Shown: one piece after another, positions 7,267-14,651 of the stretch
Layout: each line of letters opens with the position of its first letter
Numbering within the stretch: position 1 is the first letter of the stretch
Assembly (NCBI RefSeq): GCF_001548275.1
Contig: NZ_AP014945.1
Span: 720,001 to 752,000, forward strand
DNA length: 32,000 nucleotides
Direction: 5' to 3'
DNA from: Caldimicrobium thiodismutans
GTDB lineage: Bacteria; Desulfobacterota; Thermodesulfobacteria; Thermodesulfobacteriales; Thermodesulfobacteriaceae
Position numbers and translations under genes: made by a program
The notes under the pieces: generated by a model
Databases searched by the model: none
Seen by the model: only the letters and a program-made list of their open reading frames with translations
Told to the model about the DNA's origin: nothing

Positions 7267-8884
7267 CTGCACTGAATGTAAGATCTGTATAAAAGCCTGC
7301 CCTTTTCTTGAAAAATATGGCCTTCCTAAGGAGATAATTCTTCAGAGAAAAGAAGAGGTTTTTTATTGCACAAACTGTTCAGCTTGTAGTTTCCTTTGTA
7401 AAGAAGGGTTAGATCCTGCAGAGGCTCTCTATTTTCTGAAAGTTTCCCTTCTTGAAGAAGGTTCAACTCTTGGAGAAAAACTTAAAAAAAGTGCCCTTTC
7501 CTTTACCAAGAAAATTCATTCCTTTCCCATTTCTCACTGGGAAAAGGCTGAAAGAATTTTCTGGCCAGGATGTAGTTTATGGGGAACTTATCCCCATTTA
7601 ATTAAAGAGTTATTAAAAATTTTAAATAAATTTTCTGATAAAAAAATAGTTTTGGTTCTTGATTGTTGTCTTGATCCTCTCTATCAAATCGGAGCTTTGG
7701 GGGAGACTAAAAAGGGCTGGCAGGAGCTAAATCAGAGATTTTTGGATTATGGCATTAATGAAGTAATCGTTGCCTGCACAAATTGTTATAAAATTTTTAA
7801 AAGATTTAGCAATAACCTAAGGGTTTTTCATATTCTTGAGATACTTCCTGAGGAAGAATTTCAAAATACCCTCAATAAGCCTTTTTTCCATCTTCCCTGT
7901 CCAGCCTTTAAGGAAATGGACTTAAAAGAAAAAATTGTAGAAAAATTTAAAGATAAAGTGGACAGGGTTTTACCTTATCCTTCTTGTTGTGGAGCAGGGG
8001 GTGGGGCCTATTTTAGTGAGGAAATTTCTGAAAGCTTCCTTGAAAAAACCCTTAAGCTTGCTGGTAAAAGACCCATTTTAACCTTTTGTTTTGGTTGCAA
8101 AAATCGTTTTCTTAAAAAGGGGGAAAGAGCCCTTCACCTGCTTGAAACCCTGAAAGGGATTAAGCCCCTTGAGAGCCATGTTTCTTCAGCTAAAAAATGG
8201 TTTAATCGCATAAAATTTTCTCTTCAGAGAAAAATTACAAGGCCAAAAAGCTTCTTTTTTCTTTTATTTTTTCTTTTGATGCTTATAAGCTTTTACTTTC
8301 AATGGAGAGGTTTTTTAAAGGCCGAAAATTTTGCTGATACTATTAAAGCCTTTTCTGGACATCCCCTTTCTATAATATTATATTTAATAATATATACAAT
8401 TGCTCCAAGCTTTTTTATTTCAAGTCTTGCTTTAACTTTACTTGCAGGTTTTTTATGGGGTCCTCTCTTTGGAGGGTTAATAGCCTTAACAGGGGCAACC
8501 CTCGGAGCAACCCTTTCTTTTCAACTGGCAAGATATTTTTTTAGAGAGTCCCTAAAAACCCGCTTAGGTTTAGAAAAATGGAAATACTTTGATGAAATTA
8601 CAAAAAAACACGGCTGGAAAGCGGTTGCCTTTGTAAGACTTTTTCCCCTTTTTCCCTTTCCCGTGGTTAACTATCTTTTTGGATTAACCTCAATTGATCT
8701 GAAAACCTATGTTATTTGCACCTTTTTCTTTATGGCTCCTGCAGGTTTTGCCTATACAGGCCTTGGCTTCTCCTTAAAAAGCATTCTCTTTGAAGGAAAG
8801 TTCTTTCCCTTATTTCTTGTTCTTGCCTTTCTTTTTACTCTCACTATTCTTTTAAGATATCTTTCCAAAAAATGGAAACTTTAG
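7217..8884 (+). CDS. Fusion protein: 2x[4Fe-4S]/CCG-domain (HdrD/GlpC-like) oxidoreductase plus C-terminal TVP38/TMEM64 (DedA-superfamily) membrane domain
   Basis: Start chosen at ATG 7217 (AGGAG 9 nt upstream); the ORF also opens at 7145. Motifs: CTECKICIKACP and CTNCSACSFLC ferredoxin-type, WPGCSL...LDCCLDP and LPCP...PSCCGAGGG CCG-type. About 5 TM helices follow, with LLAGFLWGPLFGGLIALTGATLGATLSFQLARYF (SNARE_assoc/TVP38 signature). Confidence 0.7.
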   Translation: MPAQPFMEQAVSDLLHNCTECKICIKACPFLEKYGLPKEIILQRKEEVFYCTNCSACSFLCKEGLDPAEALYFLKVSLLEEGSTLGEKLKKSALSFTKKIHSFPISHWEKAERIFWPGCSLWGTYPHLIKELLKILNKFSDKKIVLVLDCCLDPLYQIGALGETKKGWQELNQRFLDYGINEVIVACTNCYKIFKRFSNNLRVFHILEILPEEEFQNTLNKPFFHLPCPAFKEMDLKEKIVEKFKDKVDRVLPYPSCCGAGGGAYFSEEISESFLEKTLKLAGKRPILTFCFGCKNRFLKKGERALHLLETLKGIKPLESHVSSAKKWFNRIKFSLQRKITRPKSFFFLLFFLLMLISFYFQWRGFLKAENFADTIKAFSGHPLSIILYLIIYTIAPSFFISSLALTLLAGFLWGPLFGGLIALTGATLGATLSFQLARYFFRESLKTRLGLEKWKYFDEITKKHGWKAVAFVRLFPLFPFPVVNYLFGLTSIDLKTYVICTFFFMAPAGFAYTGLGFSLKSILFEGKFFPLFLVLAFLFTLTILLRYLSKKWKL

Positions 8885-9498
8885 AGGCCTTAGGCCTTTT
8901 CTTCAAAATCCCTGAAAAGGGAAAAGTAAAAACAAGGCTTGCAAAGGATGTGGGGGAAGAAAGAGCTCTTGAAATATATAAAGAATTACTCTGGAAAACT
9001 GTAAAAATTTCTGAGCATCTCTTTCTTCAAAGAAGAATAAAGCTTTTTGGTTTTTACGAGGGTGAAAGATTAGCCCGGATAAAAAAATTTTTTAACTTAA
9101 ATTTTAACTGGAATTTTCTTCCCCAGAAGGGTAAAGGTCTCGGGGAGAGACTGAAGAGGGCAGGGGAGTTGCTATTAAATTTTGGTTTTGAAAGAATAGT
9201 CTTTATAGGTGCTGATTGTCCTTTTCTATCCCTGGATTATCTCAAATCTGCCTTTGAGAGACTCAAGGATTATCCCGTTGTTTTTGGACCTTCCGAAGAT
9301 GGAGGATATGTCCTGTTGGGATTTAATTTTCTTTTTAAAAATAGACTTTTTCTTTTATTTGATTATTTACCTTTTGAAACAACGAAACTTTTAGATAAAA
9401 CATTAGAGAGACTGAAACCTGAAGATTTTTCTCTTCTTCCAACCCTTTTTGATATAGACACCTTTGAAGATTTTCAAAAATATTTAAAACTGACTTGA
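8872..9498 (+). CDS. DUF2064/TIGR04282-like nucleotidyl/glycosyl-transferase ('transferase 1, rSAM/selenodomain-associated')
   Basis: 208 aa. FFKIPEKGKVKTRLA, GKGLGERL, FIGADCPFL and GPSEDGGYVLLGF match the DUF2064 pattern. Overlaps the upstream gene by 13 nt. Confidence 0.7.
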   Translation: METLEALGLFFKIPEKGKVKTRLAKDVGEERALEIYKELLWKTVKISEHLFLQRRIKLFGFYEGERLARIKKFFNLNFNWNFLPQKGKGLGERLKRAGELLLNFGFERIVFIGADCPFLSLDYLKSAFERLKDYPVVFGPSEDGGYVLLGFNFLFKNRLFLLFDYLPFETTKLLDKTLERLKPEDFSLLPTLFDIDTFEDFQKYLKLT

Positions 9499-9554
9499 CA
9501 AAGTTAAATTTTAGATTAAGTTTCAAGAAAAAATAATTCAAAGGAGGTGGAACT

Positions 9555-10154
9555 ATGTGCACAAAAGTTGGTGGCCTTGCTCCAGATTTTGAGGCTGGTG
9601 CCTATTTTCCCAATGGGGAGATCAAGAAGATTAAGCTTTCTGATTACAGGGGGAAATGGGTTGTCCTTCTCTTTTATCCTGCTGACTTTACCTTTGTTTG
9701 CCCTACAGAGCTTGTTGATGTAGCTGAGAAATATGAGGAACTTAAAAATCTCAATGTGGAGGTTATTGGAATTAGTATTGATACGGTTTTTGTTCACAAG
9801 GTCTGGCAAGAAGTTGAGCTTTCTAAGATGATTAGTGGAGGGGTTCCCTATCCCCTTGCCTCAGACCTTGGGGGAAAGATTGGTCAGCTCTATGGAGTCT
9901 ATGATGAAGCCCTTGGCCTTGATCTAAGAGGCACTTTTATTATAGATCCTGATGGGGTTCTTCAATCTGTAGAGATAAACAATGCCCCTGTAGGAAGAAA
10001 TGCAGATGAATTGGTAAGAAAGATTAAAGCCTTCCAGCATGTAAGAGCAACAGGTGGAAAGGAAGTATGCCCTGCAAAATGGGAACCAGGAAAAACCACT
10101 TTAAAGCCTGGAATTGAGCTTGCTGGAAAGGTTTACGAAGTCTATAAAAAATAA
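9555..10154 (+). CDS. Typical 2-Cys peroxiredoxin (AhpC/Prx1 family)
   Basis: 199 aa. APDFEA...YPADFTFVCPTE peroxidatic Cys motif, and resolving Cys in GKEVCPAKW. AAAGGAGGTGG SD. Confidence 0.9.
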   Translation: MCTKVGGLAPDFEAGAYFPNGEIKKIKLSDYRGKWVVLLFYPADFTFVCPTELVDVAEKYEELKNLNVEVIGISIDTVFVHKVWQEVELSKMISGGVPYPLASDLGGKIGQLYGVYDEALGLDLRGTFIIDPDGVLQSVEINNAPVGRNADELVRKIKAFQHVRATGGKEVCPAKWEPGKTTLKPGIELAGKVYEVYKK

Positions 10155-10170
10155 TTTTAAATTTATCTCC

Positions 10171-10200
10171 GGGGGGTTAAATGCCCCCTTCTTTTTATTT
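10171..10200 (+). terminator. Rho-independent terminator after the peroxiredoxin gene
   Basis: GGGGG(G)-ttaaatg-CCCCC hairpin followed by TTCTTTTTATTT. Confidence 0.6.
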
Positions 10201-10222
10201 ATATTTCAATTAAACTTAATCT

Positions 10223-10678
10223 GTGGATCTTTATTATTTTTCCTATACAGGAACCTCAAAAGAAATTGCCTTAGCTCTTGCCAGAAGATTTAATGCTATT
10301 CCAAAGGAAATAAAGACTTATTCCTTTCCCTATTCTTTTTGGCTTCTCCTTTCCTTTATCCCGGGTTTTGAGATTAGGGCTAACTTTGAGCCACCTCAAA
10401 GCCCTTATGGAGTTCTTGTTTTCCCGAAATGGACCTTTAATTGCCCCCCTGTAACCTATTTTTTAAAAAAAATATCTTTTGAAAAACTTATTCTTATCAT
10501 TACTTATGGAGGCTGGCGTGAAATACCTTATGGAGAATACTATAAAAAATTGGCCTCCAAAAACTGTAAAGAAGTTGAAGTTATATATATCAAAAGAAAA
10601 CTATGGGAAAGAAAAAAAGAGCTCTCATTATTAGAAATTGAAAGGAATATTAAAGAAGTTTTAAATCAGTTTAAATAA
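10223..10678 (+). CDS. Hypothetical protein with a flavodoxin-like N-terminal signature
   Basis: 151 aa, GTG start, no clear SD. DLYYFSYTGTSKEIA resembles the YFSGTGNT loop of flavodoxin-like/EFR1-type proteins. Weak assignment. Confidence 0.4.
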   Translation: MDLYYFSYTGTSKEIALALARRFNAIPKEIKTYSFPYSFWLLLSFIPGFEIRANFEPPQSPYGVLVFPKWTFNCPPVTYFLKKISFEKLILIITYGGWREIPYGEYYKKLASKNCKEVEVIYIKRKLWERKKELSLLEIERNIKEVLNQFK

Positions 10679-10687
10679 AATTACCCC

Positions 10688-10716
10688 TTGACAAATTAAA
10701 ATTTATAAGTATTAAT
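10688..10716 (+). promoter_or_regulatory. Sigma70-like promoter for cas6 (near-leaderless transcript)
   Basis: TTGACA (10688-10693), 17 nt, ATTAAT (10711-10716). The ATG at 10725 lies only ~8 nt past the -10 and has no SD. Confidence 0.35.
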
Positions 10717-10724
10717 TCAATCTA

Positions 10725-11594
10725 ATGAGACTTAAAATAACCTTTTGTCCTGTAGATAAAGATCAGATTATTCTTCCCATTCAATATAATGAAATTTTAC
10801 AGGGATTTATTTATAATTCTCTTGAAAGGGGGCTTGCAGAGAGAATTCACAATTTTGGATTTGAAGACCCTAAAACCAAGAGAAAATTCAAACTTTTTAC
10901 TTTTTCAAGGCTTTTAAGCTTACAAAAGCCCCTTATTAAAAATGGGAATATAGTATTTTCAGGAAGTTTCACTTTTTTTGTAGCCTCTCCTGTAAAGGAA
11001 TTTATTCAATCCCTTGCTCAGAGTATTTTAACAAGAGAAGTTTTAACCCTTGGGAAGGTGAGGGTGCTTTTGCAGTCTGTTGAGGTTATGAGTCCTCCCA
11101 GATATCAGGAAAAAATTTATGTGAGGACTCTTTCTCCTATTACTGTTTATAGCACTTTCAGGAAACCAGATGGAAAAAAGATAACTTATTATTATAGTCC
11201 TTTTGAAGAGGACTTTAGGAAGCAAATTTTAGAAAATTTAAACAAAAAACTTAGATCTCTTGGGAGGGAGGCGGATTTAGATGGCTCAATAAGACCCTAT
11301 AAAGTGAGTTCAAGGAATCAGAGAATTATTTTATATAAAAATATGGTTATTAAGGCTTGGGATGGGGTTTTTGAGTTATGTCTTCCGAGTTTTGAGCCTA
11401 CCTATGAGGAATTGAAACACCTATATCTTTATACAACTTCTTTGCAAAAAACTCGTTTTGAGCCTACCTATGAGGAATTGAAACGGAATGCCTCAATATC
11501 AATTTTTTCTCTTTTTAAAAGTTTTGAGCCTACCTATGAGGAATTGAAACTCGCATCCTCTAAAATATGTAAAACACACCCTAAAATGTTTTGA
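10725..11594 (+). CDS. cas6: CRISPR endoribonuclease Cas6, 3'-truncated (probable pseudogene). The Cas6-like part is 10725-11388; the rest of the ORF is read-through into CRISPR repeats and spacers.
   Basis: MRLKITFCPVDKDQIILPIQYNEILQGFIYN is a typical Cas6 N-terminus. VIKAWDGVFELCLP aligns to the strand just before the Gly-rich loop of Cas6 (compare P. furiosus ...[34 protein letters not shown]). The loop itself is absent, and CRISPR repeat 1 starts at 11389. Confidence 0.7.
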   Translation: MRLKITFCPVDKDQIILPIQYNEILQGFIYNSLERGLAERIHNFGFEDPKTKRKFKLFTFSRLLSLQKPLIKNGNIVFSGSFTFFVASPVKEFIQSLAQSILTREVLTLGKVRVLLQSVEVMSPPRYQEKIYVRTLSPITVYSTFRKPDGKKITYYYSPFEEDFRKQILENLNKKLRSLGREADLDGSIRPYKVSSRNQRIILYKNMVIKAWDGVFELCLPSFEPTYEELKHLYLYTTSLQKTRFEPTYEELKRNASISIFSLFKSFEPTYEELKLASSKICKTHPKMF

Positions 11595-12296
11595 GCCTAC
11601 CTATGAGGAATTGAAACCTCTATATTGAAAATTAAATTAATAGCAGTAAAAACAAGTTTTGAGCCTACCTATGAGGAATTGAAACATCTCTTTTAAGAGG
11701 TTCTGTCTTTCAGCTTCAAGCTGTTTTGAGCCTACCTATGAGGAATTGAAACGCTATAACTCCCGCAAGCCTTTGAGAAAATGGCTCAAGGTTTTGAGCC
11801 TACCTATGAGGAATTGAAACTCCTTTTTACCAGGGGCTCCTTCTCATCAAGCTCTACGTTTTGAGCCTACCTATGAGGAATTGAAACAGTAAACTATTTT
11901 ATCAGAAGATTTTTCTAGCTTTCGTTTTGAGCCTACCTATGAGGAATTGAAACTAATCCTCCTTTTAGATATACATCAGCGATAAATTTTTTTTTGAGCC
12001 TACCTATGAGGAATTGAAACCCAGATTAAGAGATGTTGGCATTGATATTTCCAAAATTTTTTTGAGCCTACCTATGAGGAATTGAAACAAGATATAATGA
12101 AGGTAAAGGATATTTATTCATTTTTGGAGGTTTTAAGCCTATCTATAAGGAGTTGAAACGAGATTTTCAAGATTTTCAAGATGTTCAGTGTTTTCAGGAT
12201 TTTAGGTTTTGAGCCCACCTATATGGGGTTAAATTATGATTTTTCTGGCTATGACTATTTATTTTTGTTTTTAGCCTACCTATAAGGGGTTGAAAT
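11389..12296 (+). CRISPR. CRISPR array 1: 14 copies of the 30-bp repeat GTTTTGAGCCTACCTATGAGGAATTGAAAC (11 intact or 1 mismatch, last 3 degenerate)
   Basis: Repeat starts: 11389, 11455, 11521, 11588, 11656, 11723, 11791, 11858, 11924, 11991 (G1T), 12059 (G1T), 12130 (4 mismatches), 12206 (degenerate), 12267 (degenerate). Spacers are 36,36,37,38,37,38,37,36,37,38,41,46,31 bp. The ATTGAAAC 3' end (the usual 8-nt crRNA handle) and the degenerate distal repeats both indicate + orientation. Confidence 0.92.
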
Positions 12297-12316
12297 CTTA
12301 CAGAAGATGTTATAAT
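12290..12316 (+). promoter_or_regulatory. Extended -10 promoter for the lipoprotein gene, whose -35 comes from the last degenerate CRISPR repeat
   Basis: TTGAAA (12290-12295, inside the repeat 3' end), 15 nt including TGT, then TATAAT (12311-12316), giving TGnTATAAT. The AAGGAGG SD precedes the ATG at 12365. Confidence 0.4.
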
Positions 12317-12364
12317 GATTAAAATTAAGTTTTTCATACACAAAAAACAAAAAGGAGGTGTCTT

Positions 12365-12973
12365 ATGAAAGAAGTGGTTAAGAAGTTTGTAAAGTTTATG
12401 AGGAAGATGGAAGCAAAAAGAGTTTTACTTGGTGTTTTAAGTTTAGCAGGAGCTGGATTTTATTTACAGGGATGTAGTTTAGTGCCTGATCCCACATCGT
12501 GGTTAGTTGATGATATTTATCATAGAAGGGACTGGAAACATGATGAAATCTCCACACTGGGAGCTTCTATTGTAAGAAAAGACAAAAATACCTATGAATT
12601 TACACTTGAATATACTTATTTTAGAAGAGATGATCAAAAAACAGCACCAGCAACTTTAGAAGTCTGGTATAAGGATAAGTCAATTTTTAAAAGAAATGCT
12701 TTTGTAGAAATGAAGTTATTTGATAGAGGTCCAATTCATAGAAAAATGCCAGTTCCCACTGAAACTACTTACCACATAAAACTTCCTGTTGTTCTTAAAG
12801 AAGGAGAATCTATAAAAATAGACATCTACACCAATAACACTATGGCAACTTCTATTTGTAAAATAGGTGAATTAAATGAAAAAACACCCTGTGATCATAA
12901 AACATCTCATAAATCCACATTTGGATTACCAGTTAACAAAGAGAAAACAACAAAAGAAAACAAAAACGAATAG
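12365..12973 (+). CDS. Hypothetical lipoprotein
   Basis: 202 aa. Signal peptide with lipobox LLGVLSLAGAGFYLQGC. No recognisable domain. Lies between array 1 and array 2. Confidence 0.6.
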   Translation: MKEVVKKFVKFMRKMEAKRVLLGVLSLAGAGFYLQGCSLVPDPTSWLVDDIYHRRDWKHDEISTLGASIVRKDKNTYEFTLEYTYFRRDDQKTAPATLEVWYKDKSIFKRNAFVEMKLFDRGPIHRKMPVPTETTYHIKLPVVLKEGESIKIDIYTNNTMATSICKIGELNEKTPCDHKTSHKSTFGLPVNKEKTTKENKNE

Positions 12974-13048
12974 AAAAAAAAGTAGCCTTAATGTAATCAA
13001 GCTATCTTAGAGTAATACAAAGAAATTTATATAGAAATAAACAAAAAA

Positions 13049-13210
13049 GTTTTGGGCCTACCTATGAGGAATTGAAACCTGAAGATGATTTTGAGCGTAA
13101 CAGGAAATTTCTTGTTTTGAGCCTACCTATGAGGAATTGAAACATTGATATCTTCCCATATTTCAGGAAAGTCTTCCTCGGTTTTAAGCCTATCTATAAA
13201 GAAAGGGTGG
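13049..13210 (+). CRISPR. CRISPR array 2 (remnant): 2 near-perfect repeats plus 1 truncated degenerate repeat
   Basis: Repeats at 13049 (A7G), 13114 (perfect) and 13181 (GTTTTAAGCCTATCTATAA..., identical over 19 nt to degenerate repeat 12 of array 1). Spacers are 35 and 37 bp. An AT-rich, leader-like stretch lies at 12974-13048. Confidence 0.75.
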
Positions 13211-13299
13211 TAAGAAGTAGTTAAAAATTTTCTTTAGTCTTAAAAGATTTGGACTTATCCATACACTTGACAAAAATAATTTTTTGTGATATTTAAAAA

Positions 13300-13330
13300 G
13301 TGTTGAGCATACCTATATAGTATTGAAAAC
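13300..13330 (+). repeat. Orphan degenerate CRISPR repeat
   Basis: GTGTTGAGCATACCTATATAGTATTGAAAAC matches about 24/30 of the consensus with a 1-nt insertion. It is preceded by TTGACA at 13266-13271 and an extended -10-like TGTGATATT. Confidence 0.5.
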
Positions 13331-13424
13331 TTAACTTATTTAGAGGCAGCCGAAGGTGATAAGAATGCTTGAAGTAGGATAGGGAGTAAGAGGTAAAGAG
13401 AACAAGAAAAAAGGAGGGGATAGT

Positions 13425-13898
13425 ATGCCAACATGCCCATCTTGCAAGATGGAAACAGCAGCTGGACGATGGTGTTCAGTTTGTCATAGGAACTTGCAAA
13501 ATCCTGAACTTGGAAGGCTTGTCTCGCCAGCGAAGCGCCTTGGAGCTTTCGTCTTGGACATCGTGCTGTTCTTCGTGTTGATGTTAATACTTAGATTGTT
13601 TTTCTCGCCCATTATTAAAAAAGAATCAGATATTGTTTTTTTATCTTTTTTGGTGCTGCTTATGGTCGAGCTGTTGTTTTTTTCGCGGGGGACCACACTC
13701 GGAAAGATGGTGTTAGGAATGAGGGTAGTCAAAACGGATGGGAGGCGCGCAGGCTTCTTTACCATGCTCTTCAGAGAATTGATCGGGAAGTCCATCAGCG
13801 GATTTTTCTTTTCCTTAGGGTTCTTGTGGATCTTACTTGATCGGGAGCGACAGGGCTGGCACGACAAGCTGGCGAGCACATATGTGGTTGAGCGCTGA
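13425..13898 (+). CDS. RDD-family membrane protein with an N-terminal zinc ribbon
   Basis: 157 aa. CPSCK...CSVCH ribbon, then RDD-domain features (RLGAFVLDIVLF..., GTTLGKMVLGMRVV, QGWHDKLASTYVV). GGAGGGG SD. G+C is markedly higher than in the flanks. Confidence 0.75.
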   Translation: MPTCPSCKMETAAGRWCSVCHRNLQNPELGRLVSPAKRLGAFVLDIVLFFVLMLILRLFFSPIIKKESDIVFLSFLVLLMVELLFFSRGTTLGKMVLGMRVVKTDGRRAGFFTMLFRELIGKSISGFFFSLGFLWILLDRERQGWHDKLASTYVVER

Positions 13899-13995
13899 GG
13901 TCGGCTGAGTAATTCAGGTGAATATAGCACTCCTGTGCCCGTTTTCTGAGGTCTATGAGCGAGAGGATGAGTGGTCTGTGCCTGCAGAGCAAAGG

Positions 13996-14013
13996 ATTTT
14001 GAACCTACCTATT
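13996..14013 (+). repeat. Orphan CRISPR repeat fragment (5' half)
   Basis: ATTTTGAACCTACCTAT matches 16 of the first 18 consensus positions; the 3' half is lost. Confidence 0.35.
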
Positions 14014-14039
14014 AAAAATTTATATAGTATTTTATAAAC

Positions 14040-14240
14040 ATGCCTTTTATTATCATCATTTTAAGCATATTTATAGGATATTTTATTGGTGCATTGGTTA
14101 TTTTCATAATTCCTCTCATTCTTTTAAGTTATCTATCCTATTTTACATTTAAGCAAAAACTGGCACTATATATTCAGGTAAGAAGAGAAAGAAGAAAACT
14201 TAAAAGACTTTTAAACGACAGACTAAGTTATATTCCTTAA
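14040..14240 (+). CDS. Small hypothetical membrane protein (2 TM helices, basic C-terminus)
   Basis: 66 aa. Very hydrophobic N-terminal 40 aa, then RRERRKLKRLL. No SD seen. Weak call. Confidence 0.35.
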   Translation: MPFIIIILSIFIGYFIGALVIFIIPLILLSYLSYFTFKQKLALYIQVRRERRKLKRLLNDRLSYIP

Positions 14241-14300
14241 AATTTTTGTAAAAAATTTTAAATTTCTTAAAGCATTATGGGTTATTTACTCAAATTTTTC

Positions 14301-14651
14301 TCAGCGAGCTTTTAAATAAGTGTCTCTAAGATGCTCAGGGAGTAGCTCTGGAGGAAAGATTCCCTCAGCAATTTTATCCAGATGCCACCACCAACGATCA
14401 AGCCCCTCATATTCCCTATCATAAGGTGGGTCCGCTTTATTCCTGATAGCGTTTATAATGGCTTTTTTGTCAAGCTCAATCACCTTGGGGTGGTTATCTA
14501 AACCCGCTTCATGGATTAGGTCTCTTATAGAAAGCCAGGTAGGTGCGGTGTGATAAAAAAAGGCTTGTCCATCCTCTTCATCTATGCCTAATTCCCAATC
14601 TTCTATCCACTCCTTATAGGGTCTTGACTTATAGTATTCTGATAAACCCAC
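14301..14651 (-). CDS. Hypothetical protein (116 aa, acidic, Trp-rich)
   Basis: GTG start preceded by GGAGAGGAAGAGAGG. No recognisable domain. Its start overlaps the end of an upstream start-less ORF. Confidence 0.5.
   Translation of the reverse strand: MGLSEYYKSRPYKEWIEDWELGIDEEDGQAFFYHTAPTWLSIRDLIHEAGLDNHPKVIELDKKAIINAIRNKADPPYDREYEGLDRWWWHLDKIAEGIFPPELLPEHLRDTYLKAR

Noticed and set aside
11389-11594. Triple peptide repeat FEPTYEELK at the C-terminus of the 289-aa cas6 ORF
   Set aside because: It is simply the translation of three in-frame CRISPR repeats, because the repeats stay in one reading frame. It is not a genuine repeat-protein domain.
13484-13992. Two minus-strand ORFs (148 aa and 65 aa) opposite and downstream of the RDD gene
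   Set aside because: The locally high G+C content suppresses stop codons on all frames. The plus-strand RDD ORF has clear domain motifs and a strong SD, whereas the antisense translations are Ser/Arg/Pro-rich with no motif.
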